A stretch of 64,000 nucleotides of DNA from Neophaeotheca triangularis (lineage: Eukaryota): assembly GCA_054600435.1 (NCBI GenBank), contig BAAIJX010000045.1, forward strand, positions 62,001-126,000, in the 5' to 3' direction. Position 1 is the stretch's first letter; every line of letters starts with the position of its first letter. A program made the translations under genes and the position numbers. The notes beneath the pieces are model-generated. The model searched no databases, was not told where the DNA came from, and was given only the letters and a program-made list of their open reading frames with translations. Shown piece by piece: positions 31,714 through 43,727 of the stretch.

Positions 31714-34659
31714 TTAATGAGAAGAAGTAGTGGTTGCAGCAGCAGCAGCAGCAGCAGCAGGCTTATCCTCGCCATTCGTGCCCGAGATTTCGTCTTCCAC
31801 CGCCTGGCTGGTGACGCTAGCAGCGCCCTCGCTGCCGTCCCTGCTCCTGTTCAAAAGCGGTACCGCGAGACCGCTTGCGGAAGCGGGGGAAGAATCGCGA
31901 ATGGTGTGGGGGCCGCTAGCGCCGTCATGGGTGTGATCTTTGGCTTTGCTGCGCTTGGTGTAGTCGCTTAGGCTCAGCTTCTTGCGCGCGGGGCTGGGGT
32001 TGACGGCTGCTGTGACGGATGGGGAGAAGACTGGAGGCGCGGTGGAGGTGGATATTGAGAGTGGAGCTGGAGATTGCACTACGGCCGAGCTTGAGGTTGA
32101 GGAGGCCTGGTGATTTAGTGTTGGTGGCGCAAATGGGTTTGCCGACGGTGGTGGCATTGGCATGTGTAGCTGCGTGTGCGCTGACGAAGAGGGCGCTGGG
32201 TGAGAGACTGGCATCGAGAGCTGTGCGTGCTGCCATGGCGGATGCGGTAGGGGCGGGTCGCTCGGTTGCTGCGATGAGACGGAAGTGTTGACGGTCGGAC
32301 TCCCATGCCTGGAGCTGTTTGTAGGCTCTGGAAGAGTAGATCGTTCAGGTTCATCAGCGTCCATCATGTTGACATCCTGGTCGAAGTTGGCGGTCTTGTG
32401 AAGTTCAGCACTCTGTCGGAACTCGCCACCAGCTGGAGAGTTGGCAGAGGAGCGCTCCTTCGCAGCGAGCTCTTTCTCCTTTGCGTCAGCTATTCTCTTT
32501 ATCTTCGCCTTCGCTTCCTTCGCAGCAGCCCTCCGCTTGGAAATGTTCCGTGCGCATTTGTCAAGCAATCGCTGTGTAGTAGACACAAATCTTCTGGCTG
32601 GTACTGCTGATGCCTTGCGCGCTTCGAGCTCGTCTTGATCCATGTCACACTGTGTCTCGGCATTCACGTAAACGGGATTCGGGCCCTTCAGAACTCGGGG
32701 CGCAGGCTTCGCGGAATCCCTTGGTGTAACTGACGACGTCTTTGAACGCTTGCCGCTGACAGATTTGGAACTTGGAAGACTAGGATGCTTCGAGGGCGCT
32801 TGCTCTGAGTATCTCGACGAACCGACGCCGTTGACGCCGGCATGATGTTTTGATGGAGCCGTAGTCGGTGTGTTGAGATTCGAACCACCACTGTGACGCT
32901 TCTTCTTCGCTTGTTTATCTTTCTTCTCCTCCTCTTGCTTTCGGAATATCTCTTCTTCGCGGGCGAGCTTCTTGCGCTCACGCTCGGACATTTCAGGCAG
33001 AGTAGCCGACCCGTTAGCGGAATAGTGCGTATTGGGGGTATTGTCTCGGCTAGTGGAGCCCCGGCCTGCGGATCCCGAAGCAGATCGCGAGTCGGTCGGC
33101 TCGTCTTCTGGTTCAACTTTGCGCGCCTCGCTGCCAGAACGACTGTTGTTGGCGTAGCCGGTGTTGGGCGGTGATATCTGCTCTGCCATCTTCCTTTTCT
33201 TCTTCTTGGGGCCCTTCGCGGTAAGAGCTTCTTCGTACTCTATTGAAGCGCCTCGTCGGTCGAACTGGGCCATCAAGCAATCAGGCCCCTGGCATGCGCA
33301 AGGTCCGCAATTGGCGAGAACCGTCGACACCCATGTTTGAAGTGCCATGATATCGCTCGGCGTTAAATTCTCCCGGCCGGCAGGGTCACCCATGGCCCAT
33401 TGTATTACCGTCTCAGGCGGGCCGTCCGCGACATCCCAGCTGATAGTGATTTCCTCTCCAGGTTCAATGGCATGTTTGGCGATGAACGAGAAGTGGCAGT
33501 CGGTTTGTCCAGTCACCATAACAGTCAACGAGGCATTCGGTCTGCAGCTGCGCCGTACGTATCGAAGTTCTGTTCCCTCGGTACGCGCATCGATGTAGAC
33601 TGGCAGCACTGGGTGGAAAAAGACGAACGGTTCCGGATGCCGGATTTCTTGCCATCTATTCGAAACATCCTCGTAGTATTCATCTTTCATGCCGACATGG
33701 CCTGTGAGCTCACCAATAAAGGCACCGGCAGGTAGTGGCTCCTTGACAGTCAGCCATTTCCAGGAAGGATGGCTTCCGTTGATGTCGACATTGTCGTCTC
33801 GGACCTCTCTGACATCCAGTTCGCCTTGTCCTGGTATCTCGTGCATTTCGCCATTCCAGCGGTTGAATATTTCTTCTCTTGCTACGCCTTTTGTGTGACG
33901 ACGGAACTCGGGGTCAGGTTCTGTAATGCAGTCGTTGAGGACGTTTGTAACGCGGATGCCATCCCAGACGTTGGTGTCGGTATGTTCCCAGTGGTCTTCT
34001 GCGTAACAGCGAAGGAAAGCATCCGAGTACACAGGGATCGAAGTTTCGGGTGACCGCGACAAACTACGCCTGTGATTCAGAGCAGAACCATTCCGTTTAC
34101 GACTCAGCGCCGGAGCAGTAGAGTTTGACGTGCGATGGCTCGTCTTTGGTCGTTTTGCCGGTGGCGGAAGATCACGTGGACTAGCACTATTTCTGTCGTG
34201 CCTGCTTTTGTCCAATGGCCATCCATTTGTGTGGGGAGGATTGAGCGGTTCCTTGACCTTCTTCTTGTGGCTCTTCGCTGGCTGGCGCTTGACACCGTTG
34301 TAGAGTGAATGCCGATGCGCTCTGGTGTCCTCTTGCCTCGTGCGCGCAGACTGGGTGTCGATATGCCGAGGGCGACACTCTGTGCAAAAATGCTGCAAAT
34401 CGTCGGGGAGGTGTTCGGCAAATTGCGGGTAGTAGCATACAATGTGTTGCCAGCGGTTGCAGATATCGCATGCAACTGTACTGCCATCGTCGTCAGCGAA
34501 GCCGCAGATGCAGCTTATCTGCCCGTCGTCCTCGTGCGTTCCGTCCAGCATTGAAGGAGCATGACCGTGCGGGTGATGTGATGGGTGTGTCGCGGGGACT
34601 CTAGCGGTCGAATGTCCGTGACCGGTAATAGCCGTGACCGGGTGTGAGGTATCTGTCAT
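31714..34659 (-). CDS. SET3: PHD finger and SET domain protein (Set3/Set4-like)
   Basis: PHD CICGFADDDGSTVACDICNRWQHIVC..CTEC. SET domain IDAR..RYVRRSCRPNA..GEEITISW has RRS in place of NHS, typical of the Set3 class. First in-frame ATG at 34659. Confidence 0.9.
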   Translation of the reverse strand: MTDTSHPVTAITGHGHSTARVPATHPSHHPHGHAPSMLDGTHEDDGQISCICGFADDDGSTVACDICNRWQHIVCYYPQFAEHLPDDLQHFCTECRPRHIDTQSARTRQEDTRAHRHSLYNGVKRQPAKSHKKKVKEPLNPPHTNGWPLDKSRHDRNSASPRDLPPPAKRPKTSHRTSNSTAPALSRKRNGSALNHRRSLSRSPETSIPVYSDAFLRCYAEDHWEHTDTNVWDGIRVTNVLNDCITEPDPEFRRHTKGVAREEIFNRWNGEMHEIPGQGELDVREVRDDNVDINGSHPSWKWLTVKEPLPAGAFIGELTGHVGMKDEYYEDVSNRWQEIRHPEPFVFFHPVLPVYIDARTEGTELRYVRRSCRPNASLTVMVTGQTDCHFSFIAKHAIEPGEEITISWDVADGPPETVIQWAMGDPAGRENLTPSDIMALQTWVSTVLANCGPCACQGPDCLMAQFDRRGASIEYEEALTAKGPKKKKRKMAEQISPPNTGYANNSRSGSEARKVEPEDEPTDSRSASGSAGRGSTSRDNTPNTHYSANGSATLPEMSERERKKLAREEEIFRKQEEEKKDKQAKKKRHSGGSNLNTPTTAPSKHHAGVNGVGSSRYSEQAPSKHPSLPSSKSVSGKRSKTSSVTPRDSAKPAPRVLKGPNPVYVNAETQCDMDQDELEARKASAVPARRFVSTTQRLLDKCARNISKRRAAAKEAKAKIKRIADAKEKELAAKERSSANSPAGGEFRQSAELHKTANFDQDVNMMDADEPERSTLPEPTNSSRHGSPTVNTSVSSQQPSDPPLPHPPWQHAQLSMPVSHPAPSSSAHTQLHMPMPPPSANPFAPPTLNHQASSTSSSAVVQSPAPLSISTSTAPPVFSPSVTAAVNPSPARKKLSLSDYTKRSKAKDHTHDGASGPHTIRDSSPASASGLAVPLLNRSRDGSEGAASVTSQAVEDEISGTNGEDKPAAAAAAAATTTSSH

Positions 34660-35174
34660 GCTATCACGACGAAACGGATACGCTTCGTAAGGAATGGACT
34701 TAGGTGACAGGGTCGACTCCGGGCCTGCGTCGCATGACTGGTGTGCCACGTATAGTGACGCTCGGCTGTCTGCTGCCGACCCTATACTGCCGTTTGTGGG
34801 ATTGCGCGTGTTCTGGCAAATCCTTTGCTACCGTCGACCTAACAAAGCAGGCTCTGCATAGCGTGTCAGAAGCGGTTTTACAGAGCGCCCAGTTGTGTTC
34901 CGCGTCCAATCGCGACACGTAACGAGTCCTGGACGGTCGTGGAGGCTATTGCGATGCGTACCGATGCAGCATAGACACCGTGAGGGGGTCGGGAGTGTCT
35001 GAAGGGTGGGCCAAGGTCGCGACCAAGTCGGAGGAGGAACGGCGGCGGTAGCGGTAGGAGTGTGGTTCCTGCACGAATTAGTGGTGCGAGAGTACGCGCA
35101 AAGTAAGATGTAGTACGGCAGAATGAAGTGGAAGAGAAGTTGGAGAATAGAATCGGTCGGGAGGGGACATGTGT

Positions 35175-35180
<6 letters not shown>

Positions 35181-35218
<38 letters not shown>
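35181..35218. repeat. (AG)19 microsatellite upstream of SET3
   Basis: Directly visible. Confidence 0.95.
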
Positions 35219-35220
<2 letters not shown>

Positions 35221-38200
35221 GCCGGAGAGAGTGGCCCAAGGAAAGGTGTGTATGAATGAGAGAAAGAGGGAGAACTGGCTTGGGAGAGAGAAGTGGGCCG
35301 TGCGTCAAGGTGAGGGCGTCACGTGACGGGCGCCCGCAGCTGTGAGTTTTGGTTGATGACTGATGATACTCGAGGAATTTCCCTACCGTGATGGAAGGCG
35401 AGGCAGGGGGTGGGAAGGTCGAGTCGTTGGTTGGCGGCAGCCAGTTCAGAATGAATGTTGATACGAAGAAGTCGTCTTGAGCGCGGAGTCAGGGGGTTTG
35501 TTTGTTCTTTACGGGCCACGGTCGACGGCGACAACAAAACATTGGAACAACGACAGCAGCAGCCCAGCAGCAGAAATGAATAATAATGAATGATGAATAA
35601 AGTCCCGTCTGGGAAGGGAAGGGGACGGGAGTTGCATGGAATTGTGAGATAAGAAGCGGGGTGCTCCCGCGCTTTGTCAAACGGCCTAGCTGTTTGTGGT
35701 ATCGCGGCATGCGCCCGATCGCGCTTTGCTGCCGGCCATCTGCCGTCGAGGCCAGTAGACGCAGACGATTGGCTGGATGCCTTGGGCTTGTGTGCCAGCT
35801 TGCTTTCGGGTCCCGTCGGCTTGCCGTGCCTCACTACTACTACTACTACTTAGTACTACTACTGCCTACCTCTAACCTACCTTACCTTACTTACCATCAA
35901 TCACCAAGATTCTTCCCGTCTCTTACCTTACCTACCTTACGTCTTCTTCCACCTGCACCAGTATCACCTCCCCTCCATCGCCTTCTTCTCTCAACAATAC
36001 TTAAAAGGGCGGAACGGCATACCCTGCTTAGATTTTGAGGAACACAGGTAGACTCCCGGGACAAGGCCGCAAGACCAGGCTACCCACACCGCAATCGCCG
36101 TACCGCTGCCCCTCTTTTGAATTCGCACTTTGCTTCGGCCGCGAGACGTGGTATTGGGACGGGAACTACTGTTACCATCTCGAGCAACGATCGCTATTAT
36201 TGAAACTTCGGTCCCTATGTTGCCTCTATGGCCACATGAGTTTTGGAGTGGGTTGGCGACCTACTGCCTTATTCATCGCCCCTCTGGCACAGTCAATTCT
36301 TGAGGATCCAGCGCTGACACTCAGTGACGAATATCCCCACGCTCGCGTAACCGCGTCCCGTCCTTGAACGGCTTCATAGTGTCGATACAGAGCCACAGAT
36401 TGCTTCCGTCAGCTGCTCCGAACAGTCGCCCGTCAGACAGGTAGGTGTTTTTGGGGCAATGCAGGGTATGACGCCGAGTAGCTTCATGGTTTTGCTCTTT
36501 CAAGCAGTGTGAGTATCAGCGTTATTATATCGACCCTGTTGCCTCCAAGTCTCGGCCAGGCTCTGGAATCCTCTCGCGTACCACAGTCTCCTTCACGAGA
36601 CTAGTACATGAACAGCGGCCACTCCACCGGGAACCATCCAACTGCATATAAGGAGCTGCTTTCGGCGCTACAAATCTTGCCTCGCCTACCCGTCTGTTGA
36701 TGTCGCTATGCTTGGTCTTTCGTAGCTCAATTTCTCCCCACAGCGGAGCCTCTACGCCCGCTCGCCATTCCTGACACAAGAGCAACGAGAAAAGAAATTT
36801 GAGGAGATGCCACACCCATTTCTGAGCCCACCCTCTGGCATTTTCTAGAGCATAGCTGCTTCATGGCCTTGGAGACGAAGGGGATTGGTCACGGTCCTTT
36901 GGGTTCGTGTTTAGGCGAGAACCGGTGGGTTAGCTAGGTTTGCTAATATGTAGGCAGAGCGAGTAGAGCAGTTGATCTCGCTTTCTTTTGAACGATAGGT
37001 TATTGGGACTTGCCGGAATGTTGACTGCACTGCTTCATGGAAGATGAGAGGATAATGCTTCGAGGGGATGAGGCAAAGAATGAAGTAGGGGAGCCGCGGC
37101 GAAGTGCAGCTGAGACATGGAGGCCTCCCTTGATTTCGAAAGCTCGCCCCGGTGCCCGAGTTTCTGCTGCAACAGCAGCATACCTGCGATATGACGGCAG
37201 CAGCACCTAAGAGGCTTCGATCAGAGGTTTCTCAATACCTTACGGTTCTGATCTACCTAGTGTCGAGCTCCTTGGCCATCTGTTGGATGTTCGAATCGTA
37301 GATTTCAGGCGATGGAGAAGTTTAAAAGGGTAAGATCAAAGCAGGAGAGGCGATGAGGACCGATCGTCCCCTTACCAGGGAGCTCTAAGTGCTCAACACT
37401 GCGTAGCGCTGGCCAGATCATACGTGGCCACATTTCAAGGGCGCTATGTGCTTGCTTGAAAGCTTTGCGTCTTGGTCAAGCAGTACTTAATGGCAAGCCT
37501 CGTGGCTGACACTCCGTGCCAACCATGTCGCGCGTACAGCGACTTCGAGCCGCTCAGTGTCTTAAGGTGATAACCAACTTACTGCAACATGCACTACGCC
37601 TGCGCAGCTACGCTTCCACCAGGACAGCCCAACAGTAAAAGTTCAATGGCATGCGGTACAACCCGCGCAGTAGGTATCGAGGTAGCTGGTTTACGTAGAC
37701 ATTCAACGGCGGCCTGCCGATTCACGAGGCGGTTGCTGTCGGGTTGAAGCTTTTTCCTGCACGCTGCGCCGGGGAGCTCGACACTGCTCCGCTATAGGTA
37801 CAAGTTGCTCGAATCGCCAGGCACAACTACGCTTAGGTGCAGGGAAGGGCCTTATATGCGTTAGATCATCCCGCGGGTTCCGCTGCGGATTCAATGGGGG
37901 TTTGGACGGCTTGATTGACTGACTGACTGACTGATTGCTCGTTCGTTGAAGCTTTCCTGTTGATGCCTGATAGAAGATGGCCAGCGGCGGCGAATGCTAT
38001 GCTGTTGCTAGAGCGAGGCGAAGAATGGCTTGCGCCTCAGAGGAGAGAACATTCTCCGCGCGTTTTGGCTTTGTCGCTACCTATACGTTCTCACCGGTGG
38101 AGGCCATGTGTAACCCTGTGAGAGGCCACTTCTCTGCTGCCGTGCCCAACATGCTTTTGACAGCTCATCGGGTGATGTGGAATTGATGTAGAATACCAGA

Positions 38201-38925
38201 AGAGGTAGAATGCTAAGAATGCAGACGGCGCTACAAAACCCTGTGCCCCACCACTTCTCCAGCCCCCCAGACGACACCTCGACAGTCAACATCCCGTACA
38301 AAATCAATTGTTCCCGATTTCTTTGTATACGATCAGATCCTTCTTCACTGCTGCACTCGGAATCACACAGCGTTCAGCACCAGCACCTGCGGGAAGCCGA
38401 TAACTGCGAGTTTTCAAAAGTAGGCTTGTCAAACGGAGACACGACACGACCCGTGCTTCTTTAATGCTCGTGCACCCGACATCTGGCGTTCGCACACCGC
38501 TCGCTTCGATGAGACGGATCCAATCGCTCACCGACAGCACACGCCGTTGTCCGAGGAGCGAGTTTCCCCGTCCAGATCATCAACAAGAGTTGGCAGCCAA
38601 CAACTTAGGCAGACACCGGACGTAGCAAGACAAAGCCAGCCTTCTCCCTCCATTCTTGACGCGCGGGAACACAAAACCTCCGCCATTGCCTGTCGAGACG
38701 CGATTGCATTTGACACTCTCCGCATGATCAACCTCCCATCAATGGCCACTTGCATCCGATGTAGCACAGTCCACTCCGTCGTGCCACCGCCCCCTCGATA
38801 ACGCTCACTTCGAACTACCAACACATTTGGCTGCGCGACCAGGCTGCATGAGCTTCACTCAAGCACTACTTAGGCAGCCTTGTACCGCCCGCGCTGAGCT
38901 GTGAATGGCCCGTATCTGACCACCG

Positions 38926-41853
38926 ATGCCAAATTGTTTCCTGCCCTCAAACCACGCTTCCGAGTCGCCGCAAGAGATGGTGGGTCAGGAAGACTCCGTG
39001 TTGAGGGAGGCTTCGCCGCCCAAACGGCGAGCGAGTCTGATGGGGAGGCTTGGGGGTCTACTAAGGAGGCATCATGGCGAGCAGCAGGCGGAAGCTGACG
39101 TGGGCAGCGGTGGGGTGTTGCAGGAGCACGTTGCCGCGTCTGGACCGTCTGAGCTCGACGTCGATGCCATGTTCCCGGTGGTCAAGAAGGAAAGTTCGTC
39201 CACGCGGTCGACCAAGGCGGTTCCCTCGCTACCTCGGCCCCAGACTTTCCGGCGACAGCAGTCTGAGAAGAGGGATAGGTTGTTGGAAATACCTCCGGAA
39301 AGAAGGGCTGTGAGCCTCGACCGTCGGCAGAGAGGTTTCAGTGCAAGTGCTGCCAGAAGACCTCTGTCGCCGAAGCCGTTGCACATTTCTGCGTTGTCCG
39401 CGCCCGACATTGGAAACGCTGATGAGCAACCTTCGCTTTCGCCTGTCAGAGAGTTTTTCCAGGAGGCGAATGACGCTGTCGGTGGCGACCTCGATCGACA
39501 TCATGGCTGCTCCGGTTCCAATGATGTGCCGTACAATCTCGACGACCAGCAGCAACTCTTCAACGACGACTTCGAGCCTCATCCCGATCATGAAACGTTC
39601 CACCACGAATACGAAAATCGCTGGATACTGAACCTGAGCATGCACTTCCGTGACAAGTCCAATAGGGAGAAATTCTTCGTCACCTATGCTGAAACAGCAA
39701 ACACATGGCGCCGGGTAACAGTGTCTCTCGACTATCGAGACGCCCTTCCGGGCTCGCTTGAAGAGGACATGAGCACTTTGCACTACCAGCGTGATAAGAG
39801 CTTTCGCATCTACGAAGCCATCCACGAGTCTCTGCCAGACATCCAATATTACAACACGGTGACCAATCTCAAGCTCACGACTGAGAGAGAAGATGGCCAG
39901 CTGCATATCCATGTTCGAGAAGATGCCAATGAGACTATCAAATTCCCTCCTGATTCCTTATTCAAGCACGTCCGCTGCAAACGCTTTCGGGAGAAGGAAC
40001 TTGAATTCGACTCGCACATCTCTGGCTTCGTTTACAGGGTGCATGTCGACAACCAACTTCTCGTCAAGAAGGAGATTCCTGGCCCAGATACGATCGACGA
40101 ATTCTTCTACGAAGTAAATGCTCTCGATTCGCTTCTCGGTTGCGAAAGCGTCACCCAACTAAGGGGCCTTGTCACCGATGACTCTGGCAATTTGGTTAAA
40201 GGGCTCCTCATCTCGTATGCGTCGCAAGGCGCTCTGGTTGATATGCTCTACGACTACGCCGGTACACCCGACCTTCACTGGCCGCGTCGCGAAAAATGGG
40301 CGCGGCAAATCGTTCAGGGGCTATCGAAAATCCACGAAGCGGGTTTCGTCCAAGGAGACTTCACGCTCTCCAACATCGTCATCGATGACCGAGACAATGC
40401 TCAAATCATCGACATCAATCGCAGAGGTTGCCCAGTAGGCTGGGAGCCTGCCGAGCTCGGCAGACTCATCGACAGCGGCCAGCGTATCGGCATGCATATT
40501 GGTGTTAAGACCGACCTGTTCCAAATGGGCATGGTGCTATGGGCACTAGCAGAAGAAGTCGATGAGCCCGAGCGTGAGGAGAGACCGCTTCCGCGTTTAC
40601 GCAACAGCATCCCTAGATACTTCCACGACATTGTCGAGAAGTGCCTCTGCGACCAACCCCAAGGTCGCTGGAGCGCTGCTCGTCTGCTTCCACTGTTCCC
40701 TCGCAACGCAGGGTACGAGACCGAGATGAAGCTTCTGGAAAACTCACACTCACAGCTCAAGACCTCCGATCACAGCATCTCGACCCACCGCTCGGATAAA
40801 GAGTACATCGATCCCGCTATGGCCGTAACAATCGACGAAGTCGCAGAGCAGCGGCGCAGAAGAGCCGACACCAACCAGTCGCACTTCACCTCCGGGCAGG
40901 TCACGTACGTAGATCCTCCCTCGGGGCGTGAGTCTACCAGCTACCGTTTCGAAAGTAATGGGTCTTGGGTCATTGGGAGACGAGGTCGGAGTCCGGTTAG
41001 CAGTCGGAGGAGGCGGAGCTCGCCTTTCGGTCGTGCTGTGGCGTCGAGTGCTACTAGTCTGTCTTCGAGGTCGAGGTCAAGATCGAGGTCGAGATCGAAA
41101 GTGAGGTCTGAGTCCCCTGTTAGAGGGCGTGCTGTTAAGGAGCAAAATCCCTTGAGTGAGCTTTCTGGTCCAGCAGCGGCGCGTGGCGACGGTCGTACAG
41201 TAGATTCAGTGGGGCTTGAGCTCCACTGCCCTGCGGTAGAGCTCGAGAATGGACAGCCTACCGATGACGACCATATCGAGCAGGCACGAGCGCAAGGATT
41301 TGCCTGGGCGAGGAACACTCCAGGAGCGCAAGGAAGCGATCTAACCCTTAACGCACCTCCACACCAAGACTCGGGTTTCGACGAGAAGATGATCGAATCG
41401 CTGGAACTCGCCAACCCCTTCGAGTCCACCTACTACGAAGCGCCCGCTGTCCACGAGATGCCCGTAGTAGACGAAGCGTTGACTAGCACGCCAGCTCAGC
41501 CGGAGAAAACTCGTCCCTTCCAGCAGAGCTTCTCCACGCAGATCGAATTCAAAGACACCCGCACCTCAGACGGAACACCAGAGGCAATCGGCGAGACACC
41601 AGCCCCGCCTGCTGCGCTTACAGGACGCTTTCCAGCGGAGAAACCAGCACCTAGCCGCGAGCCCCCAGCCTCGCGCGAGTCGGGTACGCTACCATCTCTT
41701 GCTCCAGCAGCTGGGAAAGGAAGCTTCCAGCAAGAACCAACCCCGGAGACACCGGACACGACCATCAGCCACGATAACTCTTCTACGGAAAAGGACCGAA
41801 ATGATGAAGCCCACGAATCACGACCAGCTGGCGAAAGCATTGGGGCATCTTGA
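38926..41853 (+). CDS. Atypical fungal protein kinase-like protein with an SR-rich tail
   Basis: 975-aa ORF with LVKKEI, FVQGDFTLSNIV, IIDIN, GWEPAE and KTDLFQMGMVLW. Confidence 0.85.
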   Translation: MPNCFLPSNHASESPQEMVGQEDSVLREASPPKRRASLMGRLGGLLRRHHGEQQAEADVGSGGVLQEHVAASGPSELDVDAMFPVVKKESSSTRSTKAVPSLPRPQTFRRQQSEKRDRLLEIPPERRAVSLDRRQRGFSASAARRPLSPKPLHISALSAPDIGNADEQPSLSPVREFFQEANDAVGGDLDRHHGCSGSNDVPYNLDDQQQLFNDDFEPHPDHETFHHEYENRWILNLSMHFRDKSNREKFFVTYAETANTWRRVTVSLDYRDALPGSLEEDMSTLHYQRDKSFRIYEAIHESLPDIQYYNTVTNLKLTTEREDGQLHIHVREDANETIKFPPDSLFKHVRCKRFREKELEFDSHISGFVYRVHVDNQLLVKKEIPGPDTIDEFFYEVNALDSLLGCESVTQLRGLVTDDSGNLVKGLLISYASQGALVDMLYDYAGTPDLHWPRREKWARQIVQGLSKIHEAGFVQGDFTLSNIVIDDRDNAQIIDINRRGCPVGWEPAELGRLIDSGQRIGMHIGVKTDLFQMGMVLWALAEEVDEPEREERPLPRLRNSIPRYFHDIVEKCLCDQPQGRWSAARLLPLFPRNAGYETEMKLLENSHSQLKTSDHSISTHRSDKEYIDPAMAVTIDEVAEQRRRRADTNQSHFTSGQVTYVDPPSGRESTSYRFESNGSWVIGRRGRSPVSSRRRRSSPFGRAVASSATSLSSRSRSRSRSRSKVRSESPVRGRAVKEQNPLSELSGPAAARGDGRTVDSVGLELHCPAVELENGQPTDDDHIEQARAQGFAWARNTPGAQGSDLTLNAPPHQDSGFDEKMIESLELANPFESTYYEAPAVHEMPVVDEALTSTPAQPEKTRPFQQSFSTQIEFKDTRTSDGTPEAIGETPAPPAALTGRFPAEKPAPSREPPASRESGTLPSLAPAAGKGSFQQEPTPETPDTTISHDNSSTEKDRNDEAHESRPAGESIGAS

Positions 41854-42348
41854 CAGGTACACGAGGGATACTGGTCTCAATCGGCGGTGAAAAGCTAAAA
41901 GCAGGTTTCGGTATCGGCGCTTGGAACGGCATTTATTGGGAGCGGGAGGATACGGACCCAAGCCGGGCTTTGTTGTGACCTTGCGGCTTGCGATGTAACT
42001 ATTAGTTACCTTTTCGGTGTCACCCTTTGGGTGGCGGTACGTACGAATCTGGGCTTAGACTGACTTTTTTTGGCTGCCTGGTTTGAAAGCATTGCTTCCC
42101 TTCTTCTGGCCCTGATTGGGGCTTGGTGAGAAGGCTTTGGCATTCGGGTTGGTATTTTGCAGTGAGCGAGCGAGCAGCGACCACGTTACAACGCGCCTGG
42201 CCATTGATGACCTCTCTGATGGTATTGATAATTAAAGAGAGCTGTGAAACAAGCAGAGTAATGAGCTGGGCCGTCTTAGGTATGTCTCCCCCGCCAGCGA
42301 AAAGAAATGCTCCATCATCCGCGCGAGAGAAAACCAATGCTGATGCCC

Positions 42349-43060
42349 ATCAGTGCAAATTCCACCCTCTTCGGCGGCCCTCTTGCATCTCTGCGTTCTT
42401 CGTTGCCCTCTGTCGTTGACTACGGTGATGGCTGTGTTCGCCTTTCAGCCTCGCATCGCTCTCACAGACCCAGTGAGGGCCTGCGGCTGGTTTGGTCAGA
42501 CGTTTCAGCTCGCCGAGGTTAACTTCACCTGTCGGACCTCAATTGCTTCTTTCTGCCTTTGTGGTGCGATTAGCCATGATTTGTCAGTCTTGGGTGGTCA
42601 GCGGTATCTTACCCGTCCTTGCAGCGTCGAAACCCCTTTGCTCATCCATCCTCCGCTAATCCCACACAGTCTCTCCAGGCGCGCGTGTTGGAGGCTACAG
42701 AATAGTTGCTCGCACGACCTCTGGCTCCTCGGCGTCGAGGTCCTCCTCCTCCGGCTCCTTCCCCTCCTGTGGCTCCTCTTCCTCGGAGGGTGTCTCGGTC
42801 CTTTGCCTCTTCGCGGGCTGGCCTTCTGGTTAGTAATCAGACCCGGAATCGTTCTTGGCTTTGATCCTGTGCAACCGCTTCTTCTTCTTCTTCTTCTTCT
42901 TCTTCTTCTTCTTCTTCTTCTTCTCTTCTCTTTGCGCCTTGGCAGTGTGGTCATGGGTCTGGATATGAGTAGAGCTGGCTCGCCACCATCAAGACGGCTA
43001 CGACCTCTTGGGGCTCTACCCTTCGGCCCAGACGCCCGGTGCCGTACCCTGCTCCGGCAT
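42349..43060 (-). pseudogene. Decayed orphan gene A (paralog of B)
   Basis: Charged reading frame interrupted by TAA 42830, TAG 42695 and TAG 42656. GTAAGA donor near 42612. DNA at 42431-42520 aligns by eye to 45084-45178. Boundaries are approximate. Confidence 0.6.
42878..42922. repeat. (CTT)15 microsatellite (poly-Lys in the pseudogene A frame)
   Basis: Directly visible. Confidence 0.95.
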
Positions 43061-43727
43061 CGGCTGTCAACAGTTAAAACACTATTGGGAAAGTGAGATA
43101 TAAGCATCTGCTGAGTGGTTACTAAAGGAGGTCACGCTGTGCGAGAATGAGCTCGCGGGTCTGCTTCTCGACTTCCTTGCGTGAATGTGCGCGCGTTGCC
43201 GAAGCTGGCGATTTTTGCTGTCCACATTTAAAACGGTAATTGTGGGCTTGCTGTTGTTTCCTGGTTCTTGATGTGTTGAAGATGCACGTGATATTGCTGA
43301 AATGTTTGAGTGAGAGATTGGCGCCGAGAGCGCAACCATGTAGGTGAAAGTGAAAGTTAAAGTGAAAGTTAACGACCGACTTTAGGAAAACTTGGCGCCT
43401 CCATTGCTACACTGCCTCATGTACTTGTAAAAGAATCGTACCCGCGCTTACTATGCACAGGTTTCAAGGCTTATGGCTTGCCTCGTCATGCCTTTTCCGT
43501 TCCTCTCAGGGGTCTACATAAATGAACAGCCATATCCCCCTGCTTCTTGTAACCTTGCCTGGTTCCATCAGTGCCGGGATGATCTGCGGACTGCTCACAG
43601 GCAACCGAACTCGCCGCGATCTCCATCTGAGTTTCAATGCCTCGATCTCAAACGCCTTCCGTCGCCTATACCGCTGCCCCGGTAAGTGACTCCGCATATG
43701 CTAGAACATCAGTGCCCGACAGGAAAC

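Noticed and set aside
35300..38900. Short ORFs in the long SET3-kinase divergent intergenic region
   Set aside because: No recognisable motifs or consistent splice structure; only microsatellites such as (ACT)n and (TGAC)n.
42353..43096. 247-aa plus-strand ORF with poly-Leu and 169-aa minus-strand ORF with poly-Arg
   Set aside because: Both are shadow frames of the (CTT)n repeat and pseudogene A; the frame homologous to paralog B is the stop-interrupted poly-Lys frame.
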